DNA of 64,000 nt, taken from Chthoniobacteraceae bacterium. Lineage in GTDB: Bacteria > Verrucomicrobiota > Verrucomicrobiia > Chthoniobacterales > Chthoniobacteraceae. The notes below the pieces were generated by a model. That model was not told the DNA's origin, searched no databases, and saw only the letters and a program-made list of their open reading frames with translations. Positions within the stretch are counted from its first letter, which is position 1; each line of letters begins with the position of its first letter. The DNA is taken from assembly GCA_040081625.1 (NCBI GenBank), contig JBEBGD010000012.1, positions 1-64,000 of the forward strand, in the 5' to 3' direction. Shown here in pieces: positions 1 to 8,147 of this stretch. The position numbers were made by a program, and so were the translations under genes.

Positions 1-2872
1 GATCGAGGCTGAGGTATTCCACCTTCCGGATGGAGGCACCCTTTGCCGGAGTGAAACCAAAGCCGCCTTCCTGAGCAGAGGAGTCGCGGACCGTGCCGAG
101 CGGCTGGCCGTTGAGGCTGATCGTGAGCAGATCGCCGACGGCGCGAATCTCGAAGGTGTGCTCCTGCGTGCGGTCATATCCCGATGGGAGCGGCCAGCGT
201 CCGAGTCCACGGCGATCTGCCTTGCGGCCGGCCTCCCATGTATGCAAATCGAGCCGCGCTGCCTCCGCGCCGATCGTCGCCGTGTAGCTCACGCTCGTCC
301 CGGTGTCAGGGCTCCCTTTTCGCAAGGAGATGGAAGGTTCAGTTTGGCCGATGAGGGGCACTTCGCTCGAGAGCTTCCAGGTCGCGCGGATGGCGCCGTC
401 GCGAGAGATCGGCTTCCAACCCGCTGCGGTGGAGTTTGGGCTGCGCACAAACGTCCCATCGTCTTCGAAGCCGAAGCCCGCGAGTTTCTGCTCCGCCCGC
501 TTCTCCGCGATCCAGTCGCGCCACGTCGCGCTGATGCTGCCGAGGCTGGCATACTCCACTGCGGTGATCACGGTGCCCTGGTCGATACCGAAGAGCTTGG
601 GAACGCCTTCCTTGATCCGCCCGTCGGTGGCGCTGCCGATCAATTTGCCCTCGACATGAGCGCTGAGCGTCTCACCGACGGCGCGAAACTCCCAGTTGTG
701 CGGCACCTTGGGATCGAAGCCTGCCGGCGCGGGCCACTGCCTCAATCGTCCGCCCCCGGCCACATTGGCGTCGAGATAACACTCTCCCGAAGGCGAGATG
801 ACAAATTCATATACGGCATTCGGGCTGGCTCGCAGCATGACTTTGAGAGCCCCCTTCGTCGGAGCCGTGCAGGTGATCCGCAGCGCCTGATCTGGTGCGA
901 CGACTCTGGCGGGCGCAGGAATGCCGCCACCCATCGTGAGCAAAGCCTCCACCCGGCTCCCATCATCCTTCCAAAACGGAGCGACGAAATGGCCGCGCTC
1001 ACGCCACTCGGCGAGCATATCGTGCCACTTCACGGTGGATGCTGTGGCGGATGCGGTCGGCGTGGGTGAAGGCGGCTGGGCGGTCAACTCGCAGTATTCG
1101 AACTTCTCGATGAGCGTGCCCTTCGCTCCGGCAATGTAGATACGGCCGTTTTGCGTGACGCTGCTGTCCCGCACCTGAGCCACTTGCTGGCCGTCGCGCA
1201 GGACGGTGATCAAGTCACCTTGGGCGCGAAGTTCGAGGGTATGGCGATCGGTGGTGGCAAAGTCGGCGGGAAGAGGAACCTCCTGTAGGACCGTGACCTT
1301 CCCGGACACTTCGGAATAAAGTTTGGTCCGCTGGCCCGGGGCCACCAAGGCAGCAAGATAGTTGGTGTCCCCGTTATTCCGGAGGCCCAACCAAAACGAT
1401 GCTCCCTTCACCCCGAGCGCTGTGGCCCGGACGGCAATATCGCGTCCAGCGCCAAGGAAGATGCCGCGCGACCCGTCCGCAATCCGCGAGCCGCGCGCTT
1501 CCTTCACCAGCAACCCCTTGCTCGCATCCGGCGATTTCGCCCACCACTCGGCGAGGCCGTCCACCCACTTCTCGTCCGGGGTTGCGGCGGGAGTGGCTGT
1601 CGGTAGCTCGCGTGCCGGAGTGGTGGCCGCGACTTTGGCGGAGTGCCTGCCGGGTTTGGCGATGATGAATGCGATCGCGCCGACGATCACGGCGACGGCG
1701 GCGAGCGTGAGGGTGAGGACGGGCTTCGATTTGCGGGCTGGCGCAGGGAGCGGCAGCGCCCCTCCTTGGGGTTCGCGCTGCGCTGGCGCCGGCACGACGA
1801 GCGTGGTGCGGATGCGGTCCACATCCGTCTGCATCTCGGTCGTCTGCTGGTAGCGGCGATCGGGCTGCTGCTGCATCGCGCGCTTCACCACATCGTCGAG
1901 GCGCGCGTCCACGCCGACACGCACGCTCGGCGGGTCGAAGAAACCGCGCGGGATGTCCTTGCAGAGCATCTCGTAGAGCATCACGCCGAGGCTGTAGATG
2001 TCGGCGCGGTGATCGACGTTCATGCCCTTCATCTGCTCGGGGGCCATGTAGTCGGGCGTGCCCATGACGGTGCCGGTCATGGTGTGGCCGAACTGCTCGG
2101 CGGCGGGGTCGGTGAGGCGCGCGAGGCCGAAGTCGGCGACCTTCGCGCGGCCGCGCTGATCGACCATGACGTTCGCGGGCTTGATGTCGCGATGGACGAC
2201 GCCCTGCTCGTGCGCGTAGGCGAGCGCTTCGCAGACCTGGATGGTGATGGCGAGCGCCTGCGCAGGAGTGAGGCCCGCGGGTGGAAGCGGCGCCTCGCCG
2301 CTTCTCTCGCCTGCAAGCGGCGGGGCGCCGCTTCCACTATGGATGATCGCGTGCAGATTCGCGCCATCGACAAACTCCATCGCGAAGAAGAGGTGCCCCT
2401 CGGTGGTGGTGCCGAAGTCGTGGACGGTGATGATGTTCGGGTGGCTGAGCTTCGCCATCGCACGCGCCTCGCGGCGGAAGCGGTCGGCGAAATCGGCGTC
2501 CACGCTGATCTCGAGCGGGAGCAGCTTGATGGCGATGAGCCGGTCGAGCTCGATCTGCCGCGCTTTATAGACCGCGCCCATGCCGCCGCGACCGAGCAGG
2601 CCGAGCACTTCGTATTGCGGGAAGAGGCGCGCCGCGTCGTCCACGCTCGGCGGCGTCCAGCCACCCGCTGCGCCGGTCATCTGGACGGTGTTCATGCCGC
2701 GGGCGAGAAGCTCCTCCGGGTTCACGCCGCCGAGCGCGGACGGGAGCGGGGCGCTCCCGGTCGAGCCGAGCAGGGCTTCCGCGCGCGTGTCGCTCAGCGG
2801 GGACGTGTGATCGTCCGCGGCAGGTGCCGCTTCGGGAGCGTCAGGATCGCGCGGCGTGTTCGAGTCCGGCAT
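1..2872 (-). CDS. Transmembrane Hanks-type Ser/Thr protein kinase with at least 3 tandem extracytoplasmic domains (3' end beyond window)
   Basis: Missing from the ORF track because there is no stop in the window. Manual translation from ATG 2872 stays open to position 2: LGRGGMGAVYKA, AIKLL, HRDIKPANV, DFGLA, GTPDYMAPE, DIYSLG, then TM helix VLTLTLAAVAVIVGAIAFII and repeated domains. Confidence 0.93.
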   Translation of the reverse strand, partial: MPDSNTPRDPDAPEAAPAADDHTSPLSDTRAEALLGSTGSAPLPSALGGVNPEELLARGMNTVQMTGAAGGWTPPSVDDAARLFPQYEVLGLLGRGGMGAVYKARQIELDRLIAIKLLPLEISVDADFADRFRREARAMAKLSHPNIITVHDFGTTTEGHLFFAMEFVDGANLHAIIHSGSGAPPLAGERSGEAPLPPAGLTPAQALAITIQVCEALAYAHEQGVVHRDIKPANVMVDQRGRAKVADFGLARLTDPAAEQFGHTMTGTVMGTPDYMAPEQMKGMNVDHRADIYSLGVMLYEMLCKDIPRGFFDPPSVRVGVDARLDDVVKRAMQQQPDRRYQQTTEMQTDVDRIRTTLVVPAPAQREPQGGALPLPAPARKSKPVLTLTLAAVAVIVGAIAFIIAKPGRHSAKVAATTPARELPTATPAATPDEKWVDGLAEWWAKSPDASKGLLVKEARGSRIADGSRGIFLGAGRDIAVRATALGVKGASFWLGLRNNGDTNYLAALVAPGQRTKLYSEVSGKVTVLQEVPLPADFATTDRHTLELRAQGDLITVLRDGQQVAQVRDSSVTQNGRIYIAGAKGTLIEKFEYCELTAQPPSPTPTASATASTVKWHDMLAEWRERGHFVAPFWKDDGSRVEALLTMGGGIPAPARVVAPDQALRITCTAPTKGALKVMLRASPNAVYEFVISPSGECYLDANVAGGGRLRQWPAPAGFDPKVPHNWEFRAVGETLSAHVEGKLIGSATDGRIKEGVPKLFGIDQGTVITAVEYASLGSISATWRDWIAEKRAEQKLAGFGFEDDGTFVRSPNSTAAGWKPISRDGAIRATWKLSSEVPLIGQTEPSISLRKGSPDTGTSVSYTATIGAEAARLDLHTWEAGRKADRRGLGRWPLPSGYDRTQEHTFEIRAVGDLLTISLNGQPLGTVRDSSAQEGGFGFTPAKGASIRKVEYLSLD
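2281..2337. repeat. REP-like inverted doublet (GTGG + hairpin) inside the kinase CDS
   Basis: GTGGAAGCGGCGCCTCGCCGCTT-11 nt-AAGCGGCGGGGCGCCGCTTCCAC. The arms are 22/23 complementary and each is GTGG plus an 8-bp hairpin. Confidence 0.8.
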
Positions 2873-3123
2873 GGTGCGTGGCGATGTGTGTGCAATTTGC
2901 TCCCTCAAAGCAAGCCGGACCGCCGCGCGCGCGTGCTGGGAGAGTGGGGAGTGATGGGCGCTGCATGGGCTCGAAGGGAAGGATTCCGCCCGGAGATACC
3001 CGGATCGCCGACTCCCGTTACCAGTTGCAGGCGCATTGCGGTCGGGAGTCGCGGGAGTGCTGCCACACTTTCCGGCAACAAAAGTCCATTCCGCCGGTTA
3101 AGGGCGTGAGGTATCTATATTAC

Positions 3124-4488
3124 ATGACTGACCGCCTGAACTTCTCACGCCGCACTTTCCTCCGCGGGCTCGGCACGATGATCGCCGTGCCGGCGCTCGA
3201 CTCGCTCGCGCCCGTGCGCGCTTTTGCGGCGGCTGCCGCGCCCGCGAAGCCCGCCGTGCGGATGGCGTTTCTCTTTGTGCCGAACGGGGTCCACATGCAG
3301 GACTGGACTCCCGCGACCGCTGGCGCGGACTTTCAGCTCCCGTGGACGCTTCAGCCGCTCCAGCCTTACAAGAACGAGCTGCTCGTGCTCTCCGGCCTCA
3401 CGCAGGATCGCGGGCGCGCGAATGGCGACGGGGGCGGAGATCACGCGCGCTCGGCGGGGAGCTGGCTGACCGGCGCGCAGCCGCTCAAGAGCGAGGGTGC
3501 GGAGATCCGCGTGGGCATGTCGGTCGATCAGCGCGCGGCGAGTGTGGTCGGGAAGGCGACGCGCTTCCCGTCGCTCGAGTTGGGGCTCGAGCCGGGGCGG
3601 CAGGGAGGGAAGTGCGACACGGGCTACTCGTGCGCCTACTCGAACAACATCTCCTGGCGCACGGAGAACACGCCCGCAACGCGCGAGATCAACCCCCGCG
3701 CGGTCTTCGAGCGCTTCTTTTCCACCGTGAAAGCGACCGATGGCGGCGAGAGCGCGCGGCGCCGGCAGCTTTTCAAGCGCAGCATCCTCGACTTCGTGAT
3801 GGAGGATGCGAACGCCCTCGGTCGCAAGGTCAACGGCCACGACCGGCAGAAGCTCGATGAGTATCTGACCGCGGTGCGCGAGATCGAGCAGCGCGTCGCT
3901 GCGGCGGAGCGGCAGGTCTCGGAGGTGAATCGCGGGATCATCGCCGACTACGATATCCCCGAGGGCGTGCCGGAGGCCTACGAGGAGCACGCGAAGCTGA
4001 TGCTCGACATGCTCGTGCTCGCCTTCCAGACCGACTCGACGCGTGTCGCCACGCTCATGCTCGCGAACGAGGGATCGAACCGGCCTTATCGCAACCTCGG
4101 CATCTCGCGCGGCCACCACGAGCTTTCGCATCATCAGGGCAATCCGGACAACCATCGCCAGCTCCGCGAGATCAATCGCTTCCACATCCGGCAGTTCGCC
4201 TACCTGCTCAACCGGCTGCGCTCCATCCCCGAGGGCGAGGGCACGATGCTCGACAACTCGATGCTCCTCTACGGCGCCGGCCTCGCCGACGGCAATGCGC
4301 ACGATCACGGCAATCTCCCGCTCGTGATGGCCGGTCGCGCCGGCGGCAGGATCCTGCCGGGCCGCCACGTCCGCTACGCGCCCGAGACGCCGATGTGCAA
4401 TCTCTTCGTCTCGATGCTCGACCGCGTCGGCGCGCCCGTGGGCAGCTTCGGTGACAGCACCGGCGCACTGCGCGGGCTGGATGTTTAG
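3124..4488 (+). CDS. DUF1552 domain protein with Tat-like signal
   Basis: MTDRLNFSRRTFLRGLG..., RMAFLFVPNGVH, FPSLELG, GYSCAYSNNISW, KRSILDFV, HHELSHH, LDNSMLLYG are typical of DUF1552. Confidence 0.88.
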   Translation: MTDRLNFSRRTFLRGLGTMIAVPALDSLAPVRAFAAAAAPAKPAVRMAFLFVPNGVHMQDWTPATAGADFQLPWTLQPLQPYKNELLVLSGLTQDRGRANGDGGGDHARSAGSWLTGAQPLKSEGAEIRVGMSVDQRAASVVGKATRFPSLELGLEPGRQGGKCDTGYSCAYSNNISWRTENTPATREINPRAVFERFFSTVKATDGGESARRRQLFKRSILDFVMEDANALGRKVNGHDRQKLDEYLTAVREIEQRVAAAERQVSEVNRGIIADYDIPEGVPEAYEEHAKLMLDMLVLAFQTDSTRVATLMLANEGSNRPYRNLGISRGHHELSHHQGNPDNHRQLREINRFHIRQFAYLLNRLRSIPEGEGTMLDNSMLLYGAGLADGNAHDHGNLPLVMAGRAGGRILPGRHVRYAPETPMCNLFVSMLDRVGAPVGSFGDSTGALRGLDV

Positions 4489-6688
4489 GCGACTCGCGCT
4501 CGTCGCGTTCGCCGCGGGTCTCGCCTTCGGCGCGGAGAAGGCGCCGAATCCGGTGCAACTCGCCGCGCAGCTCGAGTCCACGGATGTCGCCGCCCGCCGC
4601 AATGCGACCCACGAGCTCGGCAAACTCGGCGCGAAAGCCGTGCCCGCGCTTCCCGCGCTGATCAAGGCGCTCGACGACGCGGACCGGCAGGTCTGGATGA
4701 ATGCGGTCGGGGCAATCGCCGCGATCGGGCCGGAGGCGCGCGATGCGATCCCGGCGTTGATCGCGGAGTTCGACTCGAAGAACGCGAGCCGCCAGCGCGG
4801 CTACTATCGCGACCAGGTCATCGTCCGCATGGGCTACGCGCTCACGCGCATCGGTCCCGCGGCGATCCCACCGCTGATCGAAGGTCTGCGCTCGCAGGAC
4901 ACGATGCTCCGCTCCGGCGCGGCGCGCGCGCTCGGCGGCATGGGCGCCGCCGCGAACGAAGCGATCCCGGCGCTGATCGAAAACCTCGGCCACGGCGATC
5001 CCGGGGTGAAGCAGGAGGTCGTCGATGCGCTCGGCGCGATCGGCGCCGCCGCGAAGCCGAAGCTCGTCGAGGCGCTCGCGTGGAATGAACCGGGCCAGCG
5101 CTCCACCGCCGCGCTGGCACTCGGGGCGATGGGCCGGACCGCGCAGGATGCCGCCGCGCCGATGCTCGCGCGGCTCAAGGCCGAGTCCGACGCCACGGTG
5201 CGCGTGAGCCTGCTCACCGCGCTGCCGCGAGTCGGTGCCGACGCCCGCTTGCTCGTGCCCGCATTGATCGATGGCATGAAGGACGAGCACGAGCCCATCC
5301 GCCATGCGGCGACCAATGGCCTGCTCACGCTGTCTTCCGCCCGCGCGCAGATCGTCAAGGAACTGGGCGCTCTCGTGCGCGACGCAAACCCCGCGTGGAG
5401 CGAGCGCGCCGTTTACGTGCTGGGCCGCCTCGGCACGAGTGCCGGCTCCGCCGTGCCCGCGATTCTCGAAGTGATCGCGAAGCAATCGCCGCCGTCGCAG
5501 AAGTATCTCGACGCGCTCGTGCAGATCGGCGAGCCGGCGGTCGCGCCCATGCTGGCGGCGTTCGAGAAGGCGAAGCCGGCGAACCTCGGCCGCGATCATT
5601 GGGTGGTGCAGTGTCTCCAGCAGATGGGCGGACTCGGCGCGGCGCCCATCGCGCGGAATCTCGCGCATCCCAGCGCCGCCGTCCGCTTCCTCGCCGTCCG
5701 CTCGCTCGCGGCACTCGGCGCCGATGCCGGCGCTGTCGTGCCCGGCCTGCTCAAGGCGCTGGAGGACGACGACCTCCACGTCCGCTCGGCGGCGCTCGCG
5801 GCGCTCGTGGCCGTCCGCACGCCGCTCGCGCAGATCGAGCCGCATCTGGTCGGCGCTTTCGCGAGCGCGTCGCCGCTGATGCGCGCCGCCGCGGTCGAGT
5901 CTGTCGTGCGTTTGGGTGAAGACGGGCGCGCCTTCCACGGGAAAGTCATCGCCGCGCTAAAGGATCGCGACGAGAGCGTGCGCAGCGCTGTGCTCGAACA
6001 GCTCGGTCCGGCTTACGCCGATGCCGTCCCGCAGTTGCTACCGCTGCTCGACGAGCCCGCCCGGCGCGGCGCGGCGATCGAGGCGCTCGGTCGCATCGGC
6101 GTGGAGTCGAAGCCGGCGGTGCCGCAGTTCGTGAAGCTCTTGCAGTCCGGCGCGAAGCCCGACCGCGTGCGCATCCTTGCCGCGCTCGAGCGGATCGGCC
6201 CCGCCGCGAGCGAGGCGTTGCCGGCCTTGGAACCCGCGCGAGCCGATCCCGACCCGGCGGTGCGCATCGCTGCGTATCAAGCCATGGCCACGGTCGAGAC
6301 GAGAAAGACCGAGCGCGTCCAGGCGCTGGCCGCGGGTCTTGATGATGCCGACCGTGCCGTGCGGCAGGCCGTGGCGGGCTCGCTCGGCCGGCTCGGCGAC
6401 CAGGCCGCCGATGCATTCCCGAAGCTCGTCGCGCTCGCGGAGAAGGATTCGGATCGCGACTACGCGCTCCCGGCGCTCGGGCTCCTGAACGTTCGCGACG
6501 TGCCGAAGCTCGTCGGCTTGCTCGGCAATCCGACGCGCGATTTGCAGCTCTTCGCCTTGCGCCGGCTCGAGAGTCTCGGCCGCCGTGCCCGCGATGCCGT
6601 GCCCGCGATCGAACCGATCGCGCGCACGAGCGATTACGAACTTTCGCGCGCGGCGCGGAGGGCGATGCAATCGATCACGAACCGGTAG
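4481..6688 (+). CDS. Secreted HEAT/PBS-lyase repeat protein
   Basis: Signal peptide MFRRLALVAFAAGLAFGA; many 'AVPALIxALxDxDxxVRxxAAxALGxIG' repeats; start overlaps the DUF1552 stop. Confidence 0.88.
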   Translation: MFRRLALVAFAAGLAFGAEKAPNPVQLAAQLESTDVAARRNATHELGKLGAKAVPALPALIKALDDADRQVWMNAVGAIAAIGPEARDAIPALIAEFDSKNASRQRGYYRDQVIVRMGYALTRIGPAAIPPLIEGLRSQDTMLRSGAARALGGMGAAANEAIPALIENLGHGDPGVKQEVVDALGAIGAAAKPKLVEALAWNEPGQRSTAALALGAMGRTAQDAAAPMLARLKAESDATVRVSLLTALPRVGADARLLVPALIDGMKDEHEPIRHAATNGLLTLSSARAQIVKELGALVRDANPAWSERAVYVLGRLGTSAGSAVPAILEVIAKQSPPSQKYLDALVQIGEPAVAPMLAAFEKAKPANLGRDHWVVQCLQQMGGLGAAPIARNLAHPSAAVRFLAVRSLAALGADAGAVVPGLLKALEDDDLHVRSAALAALVAVRTPLAQIEPHLVGAFASASPLMRAAAVESVVRLGEDGRAFHGKVIAALKDRDESVRSAVLEQLGPAYADAVPQLLPLLDEPARRGAAIEALGRIGVESKPAVPQFVKLLQSGAKPDRVRILAALERIGPAASEALPALEPARADPDPAVRIAAYQAMATVETRKTERVQALAAGLDDADRAVRQAVAGSLGRLGDQAADAFPKLVALAEKDSDRDYALPALGLLNVRDVPKLVGLLGNPTRDLQLFALRRLESLGRRARDAVPAIEPIARTSDYELSRAARRAMQSITNR

Positions 6689-6752
6689 CCGGCGTGCCTG
6701 CCCGGTGGCGAGCGCAGTTGCGCCGGGCGCGGCAATCACGCAAAAGCACCCG

Positions 6753-8147
6753 ATGACCCGCGCCAAAGCCCTGTTGATTCTGCTCGCCCTGTGGTCGGCG
6801 ATTTATCTGCCGGGCCTCGGCTCGACGGAACTGCGTGGCGAGGAAGGACGGCGCATTCTGCCGGCGGTGACGATGCTGGAGTCGGGTGACTGGGTGGTCC
6901 CCTACGTCGGCGGCAAGCCCTTCCTGCGAAAGCCGCCGCTGATGAACTGGGTGATCGCGCTGAGCTTCAAGCTCACCGGCATCCGCAACGAATGGGCCGC
7001 GCGCCTGCCCTCCGCGCTCGCCGTGCTCGCGCTCGGTGTGGCGATCGTCATCGCGAGCGGGCTGAAGCCGGGCACCGCACTTGCGGCCGCGCTGATGTCG
7101 ATGACGACGTTCGGCCTGCTCGCAAAGGCGCGCTTCGCGGGCGGCGAGATCGAGGGCGTGTATGCGCCGCTCTTCGGCATCGCGATCGTGACGTGGCTCG
7201 GCGCGTGGAACCGCGGTGCTTCTCCGTGGCGGTTGTGGCTTGTGCCGGCGGTGTTTCTCGGGCTCGCCGCGCTCGCGAAGGGGCCGCTGCATCTCCTGTT
7301 CTTCTACGGTATCGTCGTCGCGGTCGTCGCGTCGTCGAACCGGTGGCGCGCGCTCGTGCATCCCGCGCATGGCGCCGCGTTCGCGCTGATGGTGGCGATC
7401 TTCGCCGCGTGGGCAGTCCCGTATTTCCGCACCGAAGCCGCGAGCAAGGCGAGCAAGGTGTGGAGCGACCAGATGAAAAACCGCGTCACCGAGAATCGCT
7501 TCGAGTGGAAAAGCTACGCGTCGAATCTGCCGCGTGGGGTGGGGGATTTGTTGCCGTGGGTGTTGCTCGTGCCGGTGCTGGCGCGACGCGGTAGAAGCGG
7601 CGAGACCGGCGAGCGCATCCCCGAGGACGGCGCGGGGCGCCGTCCCTACCAGGCTGTCCTCGTTGCGAGCGTTGTGATGTTCGTCGCGCTGTTGCTGATC
7701 CCAGGAATCCTGCCGCGATACGTGCTGCCGCTTGCCATTCCGCTCGCGCTCGTCCTTGCGGTTGCGATCGAGCCGACGCGCTTTGCGCAATGGCCGCTGC
7801 GCCTTGGCTGCGCGCTTGGGGTGCTGTCGATCGGCTACGGCGCGATTGCGGTGCCGCTCATCAACCGTCGCGATGATCTCCGCCCGCTCGCCGCGCAGAT
7901 TGATGCCGCGCTGGCGCCGGGCACGGCGCTGACGATTTACGATCCGGGTTATCAGGCGTGGATCTTCTATCTCCGCGTGCGCTACGACTACGCGCCGTTT
8001 CTCGAGAACGTGCCCGCCAGTCCGCAAGCGGTGCTCGCGCGTGGCAAGGAGCGCGGGAAGTTCGCGGAGAAGCGGCCCGATCTCGCGGTGACGGATACGT
8101 TTCGCGACAAGAACGGCGCGGAGTTTCTGCTGCTGAAGCCGCGCTGA
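6753..8147 (+). CDS. GT-C fold glycosyltransferase (ArnT/PMT-like)
   Basis: EEGRRILPAVTMLESGDWVVP, KPPLMNW, EWAARLPSAL, LAKGPL motifs; multiple TM helices. Confidence 0.85.
   Translation: MTRAKALLILLALWSAIYLPGLGSTELRGEEGRRILPAVTMLESGDWVVPYVGGKPFLRKPPLMNWVIALSFKLTGIRNEWAARLPSALAVLALGVAIVIASGLKPGTALAAALMSMTTFGLLAKARFAGGEIEGVYAPLFGIAIVTWLGAWNRGASPWRLWLVPAVFLGLAALAKGPLHLLFFYGIVVAVVASSNRWRALVHPAHGAAFALMVAIFAAWAVPYFRTEAASKASKVWSDQMKNRVTENRFEWKSYASNLPRGVGDLLPWVLLVPVLARRGRSGETGERIPEDGAGRRPYQAVLVASVVMFVALLLIPGILPRYVLPLAIPLALVLAVAIEPTRFAQWPLRLGCALGVLSIGYGAIAVPLINRRDDLRPLAAQIDAALAPGTALTIYDPGYQAWIFYLRVRYDYAPFLENVPASPQAVLARGKERGKFAEKRPDLAVTDTFRDKNGAEFLLLKPR
7591..7649. repeat. REP-like element(s) inside the glycosyltransferase CDS
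   Basis: Minus strand 7649-7625 reads GTAG-GGACGGCGC-CCC-GCGCCGTCC (perfect 9-bp hairpin). A facing degenerate arm GTAGAAGCGGCG starts at 7591. Confidence 0.7.

Noticed and set aside
1..1575. Kinase repeats as a diversity-generating retroelement target
   Set aside because: The units are diverged at all base types, and I saw no near-identical TR/VR pair or reverse transcriptase in the window.
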